From: Macrostomum hystrix | Lineage: Eukaryota; Animalia; Platyhelminthes | Length of the DNA stretch: 64,000 nucleotides | Assembly (NCBI GenBank): GCA_950097015.1 | Contig: CATNEN010000038.1 | Span: forward strand, 3,968,001-4,032,000 | Reading direction: 5' to 3' | In this document: one piece after another, positions 1 to 11,719 of the stretch | Layout: each line of letters begins with the position of its first letter | How positions within the stretch are numbered: position 1 is the stretch's first letter | The notes under the pieces: model-generated | The model's input: only the letters and a program-made list of their open reading frames with translations | The model's database searches: none | Told to the model about the DNA's origin: nothing | Program-made: the position numbers and the translations under genes

Positions 1-196
1 ACAATGTGCAACTGACGTGCACAATGTGCAACTGACCTACACAATGTGCAACTGACGTGCACAATGTGCAGCTGACCTACACAATGTGTAACTGACGTGC
101 ACAATGTGCAACTGACCTACACAATGTGCAACTGACGTACACAATGTGCAACTGACGTACACAATGTGCAACTGACCTACACAATGTGCAACTGAC
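1..196. repeat. 20-bp tandem minisatellite (ACAATGTGCAACTGACGTGC/CCTAC), truncated by window start
   Basis: About 10 directly visible copies with 20-bp period. Confidence 0.95.
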
Positions 197-639
197 GTGC
201 ACTATGTGTGGACAATCCAAATCTCGACCGAAATAAAAAACGTACTATATAGACATCTGAAGCATTATCTAAGAAAGAAATTTAGATCTCCCATGCATCA
301 GGGGAACGGTTCCTCAGTCAATAATTGTATGGTATTTCCCTCTCGTTGCGAACGTCTCGCGCAATGTCTGAAACTGCGAGACATGCATTGTATAAAAAAT
401 GTGGGCAAGCATCAATTAGTTAACTGCCTTTTCTGTCACAGTCAAATTTGCACCTATCCAAATCATTTTCAGCGGCGCAAAACCTAAACTTCATAATCCA
501 GATAAAATCTGTCCATTACTTCCAGTAATTGTAGGGTAGGTTAATATGAAGCACGAATTCAAGTTAATGGCCAAGGGCACGAGTGCGCGTACATATTAGC
601 TGCATTGATTGAATTGTCTATGGGTGAAAAGGCGGAAAA

Positions 640-1560
640 GAAAATATCGATGCGTACACTTTATGTCAAGTGAATCAGTACCCACGTTATTTCTATTTCA
701 ATCTAAAAAAGCAGGTCGGATCAATCTACTCTCCAGCAAAACGCTTATATGCATTCGGGCCGGCATTCAACGTTTTCTGCGGATGGTTTTGAAACGATTG
801 GTTGACATAATCAATGAGGAATTTCGATCGAGCAACGAAATGCTGCGCGTATGGGTGCGTGAATTCCATCGAGCTGGACTGAACACTAAAGAGAATGAGC
901 CAATCGAGACTGGTGATATGCGAAAGCTTGCATGTTACTTTGAGGGAGGTACGGCAGTGGCAGAGCAGGGCAAATTTCTGTCTTTATGTCCTTTATTGCT
1001 TGGGCGAAGGAGGCCAAGAGCACCTGCAGCATCTGACACGACGAGATGTATTGGATCTGCACACCGACTCTGATGGCATGGAGTTCTACTGTCTCCCGCC
1101 TCTTCCATCTAAGAATGAGTCCGCGGATCCAGTGAGAAGTAAACCAAAACCCGACAACAAGCAGGCAAGGATTTACGATACTGAAAAGGTACGACGGCAT
1201 CTAGACCTTCTACCAGCTGAAACCAAGTATAACCATCTATTTCCTCGGCCACTGGCAAACTTTGCGAACGGAAGTCCTACGTATTCAACGACGCAGAATC
1301 GCGGTGTCAATTATCTTGTTCGATTCATGCATAACTTGAGGGAGAAGGCTGGGCTATCAAAGATGTATTCCAACCACTGCATCAGGTAATAAGACTAGTT
1401 TTTTTATCTCGAAAATAACAGATCTTAGACCTTTAATTTATGAGCTCGTATCTGAGACAAAACATTATAAACTACATGTATTAGTAATGTAATTATCATT
1501 GATCATATTTTCTTAGGGTCACCAGGATTACGGATCTAGAGGCCGCGGGACATAGCATGG
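640..1560 (+). mobile_element. Degenerate Crypton-type (DUF3504-like) tyrosine recombinase relic 1
   Basis: Frameshifted pieces: KTLICIRAGIQRFL..DIINEEFRSSNEML..EPIETGDMRKLACYF (ORF 609), then HLFPRP..RGVNYLVRFMHNLREKAGLSKMYSNHCIR (ORF 895). A GT-AG intron (~1386-1517) is followed by VTRITDLEAAGHS. HxxR box is typical of tyrosine recombinases. Confidence 0.75.
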
Positions 1561-2670
1561 CCGACAATATGTCCATCACCGGCCGAGGACATTTACATGA
1601 AGTGACATTTCGATCAATACCAGCTCTTTTGATTTTTTTGTTTTCCCTTGAAAAATGGAGTGAGATTAAACAATTAGAGATTTTATCAGCGAAGACAATA
1701 TTTTTGGCCAATCTGTAATCCTTGTCAATTCGAGATTCCTTTGAAAATTTGTTTCAGTAAAGTTTTTCGCTTGCCCAATTATTCCTGTCTCCCACAGAAA
1801 ATACGAGTTCCATACCTTTTTGGTACAATTACAAGCGACGCTTAAACGTGAATCAAAGCTATAAGGGTCGCCCTTTCATCTCAGGATGTCAGAGCAAGTG
1901 AAGCCATGTGCTGTTAGATCCAAGTGCCAACCCATTTCTTGAAGTGCGACTGCATGGCAAATTTGGAAAAGGCGCATTGGGACGGGTCTTTGTGCATTTT
2001 TTGAGATTCTGCTTTCATTTATTAGAATGAATGGCGGTTTTTTAACTGAAATTCTTCTTTTTTATCTAGCACCCTGTGTTAGTTGTGTTAAATTATGTTC
2101 AACGGATGTTACCTTGAAGCCTTTAGCTAGGTGCAAACGGGCTGTAGTCGGCGCAGATCAGAAAAATACAGGCAGGCCTATAGGGGAGGGGAAAGAGACA
2201 GGGTTCTCATTAGTGGCGTCCGGTCATTAGCTGTCCACAGCCACAACTTCCGACTCTGCCCTGGCGGTGAAGGATCCAGCCAGACTGAGTGGCGGGCGGC
2301 AGCAATCGGCAGAAAATGAGACACTTGCGCAGATCTGAAAGGAATCGAAAAATGTCCGGAATTTTACTCGACAGTTTCCGAACACATTTTGGGCGTGTCC
2401 AGCAAAAAATTGCATGGGACTGTCTCCAAAAGCCGTACACCATCAAAGAAATCGCGCAAAAGCAAAGCAGTATGGCGGCCTCTCAAATTTCAGCCAGTAA
2501 ACACTGCCCAGTAATCTGCCTGGGGGCAACACTGATCGCTTCGTCTGATACACAGCGCGTAGATAAGGAGCCAATAAAGAACTTTACAATGCTGCTCTTG
2601 CTTAGTTCTTAATTCTTGGTCGCTACATAGAGTTTTAGCATGTGGATCCAGTGAGGCTCTTAACGTTTTA

Positions 2671-2819
2671 GTCCAGATCCCGTCTCACTCGATCCCATCT
2701 CACTCCATCCTATCTCACTCAATCACATCTCATCCAGATCCCATCTCATCCAGATCCTATCTCATCCAGATCCCATCTCATCCAGATCCCATCTCGTCCA
2801 GATCCCGTCTCATCCAGAT
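2671..2819. repeat. 16-bp minisatellite (CATCCAGATCCCATCT)
   Basis: Visible tandem copies; reverse complement of the array at 6948-7368. Confidence 0.9.
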
Positions 2820-2902
2820 TGGTAGAAATATCGAGACACGGAGAAACGAAAAGAGAGAGCGAGAGAGAAGTAATGTGTGACTGTAGAGTTAGATTTTCAG
2901 TT

Positions 2903-3211
2903 GATCTGAACGTCAGTGAAGGGATCTGAATGTCAGTGAAGGGATATGAATGTCAGTGAAGGGATATGAATGCCAGTGAAGGGATCTAAACGTCAGTGAA
3001 GGGATCTGAACGTCAGTGAAGGGATCTGAACGTCAGTGAAGGGATCTGAACGTCAGTGAAGGGATCTGAACGTCAGTGAAGGGATCTGAACGTCAGTGAA
3101 GGGATCTGAACGTCAGTGAAGGGATCTGAACGTCAGTGAAGGGATCTGAACGTCAGTGAAGGGATCTGAACATCAGTGAAGGGATCTAAACGTCAGTGAA
3201 GGGATCTGAAT
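2903..3211. repeat. 20-bp minisatellite (GATCTGAACGTCAGTGAAGG)
   Basis: About 15 tandem copies. Confidence 0.95.
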
Positions 3212-3390
3212 CTCTTTCTGATCTCTCTGATTTCTCTGGGAAGGAGAGAGTGGTAGCAGAGCTGGTTGTAGCAATGAAGTGAATGAAAAAAGTATTGAGG
3301 TGCAGTTGTAAGAAGTTAATAAATGAATCTAGAGAACTTAGTTAAGAAAATCTGGGTGGAAAGGTGAGAATATTTGTGATAAAATCGCTT

Positions 3391-3427
3391 ACTTGGGCTG
3401 GGATTCGAGCCACCGACCTGTCTCGGT
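3391..3427 (-). mobile_element. Possible tRNA-derived SINE head fragment
   Basis: Minus strand reads GGTCGGTGGCTCGAATCCCAGCCCA, a B-box/T-arm-like sequence; no A box seen. Confidence 0.3.
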
Positions 3428-3463
3428 CAAAAGTCAACTGTCGAATAATCTTGGTCTCTCTAT

Positions 3464-3840
3464 ACTAAGCGTTACACGAATCATTGTATTCGCGCAACCC
3501 ACGTTACGATTTTGAAAGAGCACGGATTTTCGAATTCAGCAATTGCTAGAAGCACGGAACACAAGAACCCGGAGAGTGTGGAACGTTACTTCAGGATGAG
3601 GAGAGACGCCGACTTTCGAGCAATGTCAGAAGCATTGTCCGTCGACGCCAGTGCATCAACCGTTAAAACGCGTTAAACATGCGGGCCCAACTGGTGTGAT
3701 TTCGATAAAGGAAACAATATTAACCTGCAATGTTCATCATGCCGAAGCGCTAGCTGAGTCGCCTTCGCCAGGTCCATCGATCAGTGTGAATTTTTCTGGA
3801 ATATTTCAAAACTGTAAGTTCGAGATTCACTGCCATAGAA
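3464..3840 (+). mobile_element. Crypton-type tyrosine recombinase relic 2 (C-terminal catalytic part)
   Basis: Manual translation from 3464 (no ATG, absent from ORF track): TKRYTNHCIRATHVTILKEHGFSNSAIARSTEHKNPESVERYFR = HxxR..(G)H..Y catalytic boxes. After a frameshift comes a C-terminal FSGIFQNCKFEIH motif. Confidence 0.75.
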
Positions 3841-4565
3841 AAAGCAGCTGTCGCTGTTTGAATGCGTATGTTTCTATTTTTAATCGTTATTTGTTATTTA
3901 AAATAAAATAACAATTACCATACATAAATTCAAGGCAAAAGTATTCTCATTGACGCTCTGAAAAGTCATCACAATGGACTATACGCATGGATGAATGAAT
4001 AGAATGGATTGCTATTCTGGCTCTGGCTATTTTCGTTTTTGACTCTTTTGCATCCGGTTCCCCCCGTGCCTTTTCATTGGTTGATGATTGCCATAGACAA
4101 TTTTCGGCCTTCGCCCCTTTCTTTTGTGTAGTTTTCGCAGCCACGCTTCAACGTTTTACAATGAAAACTATTATACTATATATTTGTTTGCGAATTGCAA
4201 AACTTTCTACTATGAGTAGTGATTTAGAATACTTTCTTGTCTTAGAAGGGTAATGTTTTCACGTTAAATTAATCAAGCAATTAACAATGTAGCTCATTAG
4301 CAACCAAGCTGGTACAGTAAAAATTAAGATGCAAATAAGATGCCATTTTACTTTGACTTCTTCCTTCGTGTGCGGGCCATCGTCCCTTGTGTTCCGTAGA
4401 CGGACGAACCACCGGAAGAGCAGAGATTTTAAACCTTTCAGTAAGTTCAGCAAGAACAGACAGTAATTTAAAGTAAAATTTAGATGTCTGTAAAGGAAGA
4501 GTTGTAGCATTGTGCATTTGTAATCATTGATATACACTCGACTTAAATAGCAGGCGACAACACGC

Positions 4566-4983
4566 CCATTGGCGTGTAAAGCCAGTTCAGCCCGACTTCA
4601 ACTTGCTCGACTTCTCTAATTTAAAAATATTTCTGCAGGTCGAGCTCATAAATCATAAATCATGAATACTAAACTTCAGAAGGGCATCCGGGAGCACATA
4701 GACACGGTCCGGCTATTAATAGAAGCTTGAAAGAGAAAATGCGCTTCATCATCACCCACTGTTTCTTTAATGGAGTGATTTACTAGCACGCGCCAAGGCC
4801 TCAGACTGTTTATTCTCGGCTCAAATTCTTCATTCTTTGAAAAGAATTCACAATTCAGGAGAAGAAGGTCTCAGGAAATGTGCGTGTTAAAGAATTTCCC
4901 ATTATGCGGAGTGCTACCTGCTCCGCGTACCTGATGATGGGCGCCCAGCGGCTGCAGGCTAAATCTAGCTTTGGCACCAATGG
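4566..4983. mobile_element. Possible old non-autonomous DNA transposon (degenerate TIRs)
   Basis: CCATTGGCGTGTAAAGCCAGTTCAGCC at left versus revcomp of right end CCATTGGTGCCAAAGCTAGATTTAGCC; no clear TSD. Confidence 0.35.
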
Positions 4984-5185
4984 CATTGAGTAGACTTTTT
5001 AATGCTCATAATTTTCGCTCACCTCTGCAGTCACTGGCCGTGACTGATCGCCTCCGGCAGGCCCCACCCCGTGACTGACAGGCGTCGGGACCTCCGGGCT
5101 GCTGGAGCCTTCTGGATGAAGCTCCCGCTGAGAACTCGTTGGCGATCGCGTGCCTAGTGACGCGCGAGCAGTTAGTAGGAAGGCC

Positions 5186-5193
5186 TGACGTCA
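5186..5193. promoter_or_regulatory. Perfect CRE (TGACGTCA) upstream of the neuropeptide-like gene
   Basis: Palindromic TGACGTCA in a GC-rich patch ~850 bp upstream of ATG 6036; could be a chance 8-mer. Confidence 0.35.
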
Positions 5194-5902
5194 GCGAAGA
5201 GCCATTCTTTGTTCGCAGCCCGCAGCCATCAATTAGCCCTGCAGCCGCCCCCTGACTTCCATTCGCTGCGCAATGCCCTTTGATTGGCTGTTTGTGCTTT
5301 ATGGTCTTGTTATTCGGAGCAAAAGTTAAAATTCATTTCTGAGCAGCAACACACTTGGGCACAATGTCCTTTAAAATATACAAAGTACATGAGCAAATCC
5401 TGTTGGAAAGCACAAAGAAAACCAGCTCAAAATTAAATAAAAAGTAAGAAAATATAATGCGACACATAGCTGGTCACTGTGCCAGTGTATTTTTCTGAAA
5501 CTGAAAAACAGAAACCGAAACTTAGGTAACTTTGCATCACACTGCAATGCTGGAATTTTATGTATACGATTGCATGAGCATATTGGGTGCCATCATACAT
5601 AGAGAAAGGAGCTAAACTTGCTGGTCACAGATCTATAAAAATATATTTTTTGACTTTGTTTTGTCACCGAGTTTCTTGCAAAGAACTCTGCATATAGATT
5701 CCTCAGAATGAGTTCAATATTTGTCATGGCATGGGGCATAGGACGTCTAAAAAGGCTAGCCAATAAGATATTTCGCTCTTATTCTCTGCAGATTTCCAAC
5801 TCCCTATCTCGCAATCCCTCACTGGTTCTCCAAGTCTTGTTGGACTGTTGACCTTGGCAACGGCAGGTCGTGCTGTGCCCGGCAACAATATACTGCCTGC
5901 AG

Positions 5903-5910
5903 TATAAAAG
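5903..5910 (+). promoter_or_regulatory. TATA box of the neuropeptide-like gene
   Basis: TATAAAAG ~130 bp upstream of ATG 6036. Confidence 0.6.
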
Positions 5911-6035
5911 CCAGTGCCTCTGCTGACCGCTCCAGTCGCTCTTCTCCGTCAAAGCCTTTATCGAGCTGTTCAACCGCGCACTCCATCAGACAGGACAGCC
6001 GACACAGACGAGACAGTCACAACCGTTGACGAAGT

Positions 6036-6353
6036 ATGGTCAGTTCAACTAAGATCCAGCTGGTGCTGGCAGCTGCACTTCTGCTCATGCTGGCTGCCCG
6101 GTGCGACTGTGCTCCGTCGCACGCTCAAGGTCAAGTTCAAGGTCATCAGCCAGCTAATCGGCTCTCTCTGCCGGTATCGTCTGGCCAGGAGGAGGACTTC
6201 CAGCTGTTGTTGAACTACCTCGGCGAGGCGGCGGACCATCAGGCCCCGATCGCTGCTGCGGACAGCCACGACCGCCCAGTGGTTCAGCGGCGCGCCAGGG
6301 TCGACCTTTCGCCGCCTAGGGAGCCGCCAGGCATTTGGCGACGAAGGAGATGA
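6036..6353 (+). CDS. Putative secreted neuropeptide/peptide prohormone (105 aa, single coding exon)
   Basis: Signal peptide MVSSTKIQLVLAAALLLMLAARCDC-AP, acidic/Q-rich spacer, dibasic RR, peptide ARVDLSPPREPPGIW, tetrabasic RRRR-stop; TATA box upstream. Confidence 0.7.
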   Translation: MVSSTKIQLVLAAALLLMLAARCDCAPSHAQGQVQGHQPANRLSLPVSSGQEEDFQLLLNYLGEAADHQAPIAAADSHDRPVVQRRARVDLSPPREPPGIWRRRR

Positions 6354-6947
6354 ACCGCGGTGATGCCAGCGCAGATGACCTAAAGAGCTAGATAGACTAA
6401 TATAATGCACACACACAATGCCCCGCCCTCAACTACCTGAGAAGTTTGCATCCCAGTCGCTGCTAGACCTGAACTCGGCGGCTTGTGTTAAAATAAGAGT
6501 CAAACAATACAACAACCGAAAAATACAAAATTACCCCGTCAGCGTGCCAGCTCCGTATACATCATACGGAGTCCATTTGATTTCAGTTTTTCTTCGCATG
6601 CCAGCCTCGAGATATATTGCTGAACATTGCCTGGCCTGGCAGAACGGGCACCGCTGCGGCATTTGAAGTTCATGCAGACCAGTCGGTCGCAGCAGGCGTG
6701 ATTGTACAGCATGTCTCCGAACCACGTGTAGCCGTATAATCTGTGCCAGTCCTCACCCGCTCCGCCGCATTTGCTGCCTCGAAAGAGAGATAGAGAGAGA
6801 TAGTGCACAATGGCCTCACAACTCTCAAGCTTAACTTAAAAAATTATACCATTGATTCTGCATGGTATCTGAATCATAAAAATATTACGCAGGATGACAT
6901 TGGGGACATCTCATCCCTCTCGGGGAATGAGATGAGGTTAAGTTAAA

Positions 6948-7368
6948 TGGGATCTGGATGAGATGGGATCTGGATGAGATGGGATCTGGATGAGATAGGA
7001 TCTGGATGAGATGGGATCTGGATGAGATGGGATCTGGATGAGATGGGATCTGGATGAGATGGGATCTGGATGAGATGGGATCTGGATGAGATGGGATCTG
7101 GATGAGATGGGATCAGGATGAGATGGGATCTGGATGAGATGGGATCTGGATGAGATGGGATCTGGATGAGATGGGATCTGGATGAGATGGGATCTGGATG
7201 AGATGGGATCTGGATGAGATGGGATCTGGATGAGATGGGATCTGGATGAGATGGGATCTGGATGAGATGGGATCTGGATGAGATGGGATCTGGATGAGAT
7301 GGGATCTGGATGAGATGGGATCTGGATGAGATGGGATCTGGAGATGGGATCTGGATCTGGATCTGGAT
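6948..7368. repeat. 16-bp minisatellite (GGGATCTGGATGAGAT)
   Basis: About 25 near-identical copies. Confidence 0.97.
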
Positions 7369-7651
7369 TTACTATATATTAGTTGACGTTAAATTAACAC
7401 AGCTAAAGTAAGAAATAAAGTTTTATTAGACCAAATATATTTTCACTTATAGCGGCCATAGACTATTTTGAATAACGGGCAAAGACAGTATTAGCTGCAA
7501 GGATAGACAATTAAGTCTAACTACAAAAAATTACTGAAAAGAGAAGTAAAAGCGGACAACGATTTAGTTTGTCTTATTCATTAGCATATATTCAGTAGAA
7601 TATAGCTGCAGAAGAGCGAATTCAAACAACATTTCTTTGCGAAACTTAGAA

Positions 7652-10433
7652 ATGAAGAGCTCCTCAAAGCCTCGCGCAGCGAAATTGAATAATGATTCGA
7701 GCGTGGCCAATGTGCTGACTTCTGTGAATGACCTCGTCCAAAACCTGGGCAGCGAAGATCGTCAGCAGAAAGCGGATACAAAGGTGAGATGACATTGGGA
7801 TGGAATGACATTGGGATGGAGTGATATTGTGATGGAGTGACATTGTAAAGGAGTGACATTGTGATGGAGTGACATTGTGAAGGAGTGACATTGGGATGGA
7901 GTGACAGTTGGATGGAGTGACATTGGGGTGGAGTGACATTGAGATGGAGTAACATTGGGATGGAGTGAAATTAAGGTGAACTGACATTTGAATGGAGTGA
8001 CATCCTGGCAGAGTGACGTTAGGAATGGCTAGAGCAATATTTATTCAGAGTGAAATCCCTCCCGTGACACTGATCAGCATCCGGAGCTGCCAGATGAATC
8101 TAAAGCCGCAGCGACTGCTGCCGCGGCCGCCGCAGCCGCGGAAATTGACAAGCAGCTCGATCGGCTGGATCGCCTGTTTGCAAAAGCGAACGAGCGTCGG
8201 CGTAAAAGGCGACACATTAGCCGTCTGACGCAGCAGCAGCAGCACCTGAAGAATGAATCAAGTAAAAGAAAATGCGAAGACTGCAATAGTAATACTGTAT
8301 TTAGCAAACGCACAGCAAGCAACTGCAATGCCTTAAATGTCTTTTCAATATCAGAAAGCTCTGATGTCACCATTGAAGATGTGAAAGACGGTGAGTTGAA
8401 AAATTAAAAATATGTACTCGTAATTGAAATACATGTCCCCGCTGCACGCGAACTTCTTAACCATTTTCTTAGCTCTTGTCAAGTGTAGTTTAAATACACT
8501 TTTATTAGGTACCGCACAAGAGCATCAGCAGCAGCAGCAGCAGCAGCAGCAGCATCAGCAGCAGCAGCAGCAGCAGGTACAGCAGGCGAGCAACAGTGCC
8601 AGTGGCAGCAAGATGGGCGTAATTACCGTCGAATTAAGCCGCGAGAACATCCCACTGGTCTCCAACAACGCCTCCGATGACAAGAAAAAACCAGACGCAC
8701 AGAAAAAATCTCCCGAGGAAGAAACACAGCGACTTCAAGACTTCGGGTACCTCAAAGATGGACTCAGTTCCGGCGGAGAAAAATCTGAGATGAATACAGA
8801 CTGCGGGTAAGCTGCTCCACATATTGGATGAAGCTTGGAGTGAGTGATGGAGTGACTCTTGCAGGATGGAGTGACTGTTGCAGGATGGAGTGACTGTTGC
8901 AGGATGGAGTGACTGTTGCAGGATGGAGTGACTGTTGCAGGATGGAGTGACTGTTGCAGGATGGAGTGACTGTTGCAGGATGGAGTGACTGTTGCAGGAT
9001 GGAGTGACTGTTGCAGGATGGAGTGACTGTTGCAGGATGGTGGGACTGTTGCAGGATGGTGGGACTGTTGCAGGATGGAGTGACTGTTACAGGATGGAGT
9101 GACTGTTGCAGGATGGAGTGACTCTTGCAGGATGGAGTGACTGTTGCAGGATGGAGTGACTCTTGCAGGATGGAGTGACTCTTGCAGGATGGAGTGACTG
9201 TTACAGGATGGAGTGACTGTTGCAGGATGGAGTGACTGTTGCAGGATGGAGTGACTCTTACAGGATGGAGTGACTGTTGTAGGATGGAGTGACTGTTGTA
9301 GGATGGAGTGACTCTAAGCTAGCTCGAACGATTGGCTCTATTCAGCAAAGCCGTGGAGCAAATTGAGCTAATGTTGAAGAGCCTCCAGCTGGCGACGGAC
9401 CACTTGGCTAAAAAAATGAAGCAGCAGCAACACAGGCAGCAGCAGCAACAAATGCTGAATATTTCCACGGACTGTTCCTGGGGTGGAAAGAACTCCGCTG
9501 GCCTCAAGGCTGAAATTCTGAAAGCCCAGGGCCGGGCTGCCTGCCTGCGCAGATGCCTACGAGCTGCCATACAGGGCACCGCCGTTAACGCACCCGGCGG
9601 CTGCGGAAGCGGTTCAAAAGCTGTCGAAGTTGGGTGCAGGCACCGAGGCACGGCCACGCATATGACTAGGGATCCCATTGTGGACATCAAGTGCAAGTTC
9701 GAGCGCAGCCTGCTGTACACCCGATACGATGTCAAGTGAGTGGTTCGCACTGTTTACATGGGATCTGCATTGTGATCATTTGGGATGGCAAAGGTGAGAC
9801 GGGGTGGGGCGGGATTAAATGGGTTTGAAATATATGGGATTGGATGAGATGGTAGGGATTCTATGAGATGGTATGATATGGGATTGGATTTGATGGGATG
9901 GGATTGGATTTGATGGGATGAGATGGGATTTGATAGGATGGGATCGGGTGTGATGGGATAGAATGGAATGGGATTGGATTTGATCGGATGAGATGGGATT
10001 TGATTGGATGGGTTTGGATTTGATGGGATAGGATGGGATGGGATTTGATTGGATGGGGTTGGATTTGATGGGATGGGATGGGATTTGATTGGATAGGATA
10101 TGATTTGATAGGATGGGATGGGATGGGATGGGATGGGATGGGATGGGATGGGATGGGATTTGATTTGATTGGATGGGATGGGATGGGATGGAATGGGATT
10201 GGATGGAAGGGGAAGAGATGGAATGTGATGGGGTGGGGTGAGATGACATGTTATTGGAAGGATGGGATGGGAAAATCAAAGCTGTTTTTAGATGAGCCCG
10301 TTATAGTGAATGAAATAATTGGAATCTAAATGAATGTCCGAATTCTCATTGAAACTGCAGTTGGCCATTCCTGCACATCATCGCTCCCGGTGCTCCCAAC
10401 TTTGATAAAGAGGATTTCTGTTGCAACGAGTAA
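7652..10433 (+). CDS. Hypothetical 5-exon protein with polyA/polyQ tracts (exons ~7652-7783, 8078-8390, 8509-8806, 9346-9735, 10361-10433; ~400 aa)
   Basis: Phase-compatible GT-AG junctions (0,1,2,2) give one frame, MKSSSKPRAAKL...DPIVDIKCKFERSLLYTRYDVNWPFLHII..CCNE*. AATAAA overlaps the stop. No family recognised. Confidence 0.55.
7789..8003. repeat. Degenerate 16-bp intronic minisatellite (GTGACATTGGGATGGA)
   Basis: Visible periodicity; fills intron 1 of the hypothetical gene. Confidence 0.85.
8846..9315. repeat. 19-bp intronic minisatellite (GCAGGATGGAGTGACTGTT)
   Basis: About 24 copies. Confidence 0.95.
9835..10272. repeat. Pentanucleotide (GGGAT/GGATT) microsatellite
   Basis: Visible; fills an intron. 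Confidence 0.9.
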
Positions 10434-11094
10434 TAAACGGGATTTTTCTACGGTTGAGTTTTTTGTTCTGAAAAAAGCTGTGCATGGCGAGCCAAAGTTA
10501 TTGCTGTGCAGAATGGAAGGCATTATTGTAGCCAGTTCCCCATAATAGAAGATAATCTGGATCAGTAATCCCTGAAATACAGTAGGGACATTCTGTTGCA
10601 TTTTGGTTAAAAATATAACTTCGTCTAAATGAAATCGTAATCGAAGTGCCTCTTGTTCGTTTTGATTGTCAGCAACAGGGCTCAAATGTCCAAATAATTA
10701 CTTCGACTCGTGTTTGTCTTCTTTAATTTGAAAATGTTTTCCATGGACTCATTGTGCTTTTTCGTTATTCGAATTATTGAATTAGCTCGTAAAAAGTGAA
10801 CGAAACACAGCAACAACTTTATATATATTTAACATGAGTAATATGAAAGGTACTATGCGACAAAAATTAGTACGTTGAAAGTAATGCACTCATAAACTAG
10901 CGTTTATTTATTTCGTCATTACGATTGCGCTCTGATGAACTTCTGCGTATGTGTAGTAGAGAAGCAAATTCTAAGTACATTTTGTCAAATGAATAAAAGG
11001 ATTTGGCCTTAACAGTGCGAGTTAAAAACTGCCTGGCAAGACTCCAAACGTTAAAGAACTAACTGAATTCCTAAATCACTATCTTCGGCCGGAC

Positions 11095-11582
11095 CGTCAC
11101 TTGTTTGACAGCAGCGTCTCTTGTTTGACAAGAGCGTCACCTTGTTCGACAGGAGCGTCACCTTGTTCGACAGGAGCGTCTCTTGTTTGACAAGAGCGTC
11201 ACCTTGTTCGACAGGAGCATCTCTTGTTCGACAGGAGCATCTCTTGTTCGACAGGAGCGTCACTTGTTCGACAGGAGCATCTCTTGTTCGACAGGAGCAT
11301 CTCTTGTTCGACAGGAGCATCTCTTGTTCGACAGGAGCGTCACTTGTTCGACAGGAGCGTCACCTTGTTCGACAGGAGCATCTCTTGTTCGACAGGAGCA
11401 TCTCTTGTTCGACAGGAGCATCTCTTGTTCGACAGGAGCGTCACTTGTTCGACAGGAGCGTCACTTGTTCGACAGGAGCGTCACTTGTTCGACAGGAGCG
11501 TCACTTGTTCGACAGGAGCATCTCTTGTTCGACAGGAGCGTCTCTTGTTCGACAGGAGCGTCACCTGCTTGACAGGAGCGTC
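11095..11582. repeat. 20/21-bp minisatellite (CTTGTTCGACAGGAGCATCT/GTCA)
   Basis: About 24 copies; source of spurious ORFs. Confidence 0.95.
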
Positions 11583-11719
11583 TGGTGCGACACAAGAACA
11601 ACACCTAAACATCGGTTTGCCAATAGAATGTTGCAAAAATACGTTCTATTTTAGTCCAAAAATGCTACAATGGTGATTTTACAGATTTTAGTGAGGGTGC
11701 AGTCCTCGGAGCCTCCGAG

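Noticed and set aside
2027-2612. Cluster of short ORFs between the Crypton relics
   Set aside because: No recognisable protein motif in any frame; left unannotated
11051-11676. Overlapping ORFs and CRISPR-like look of the 20-bp array
   Set aside because: Head-to-tail repeats with no unique spacers, no cas genes and a eukaryotic context; the ORFs are translations of the repeat
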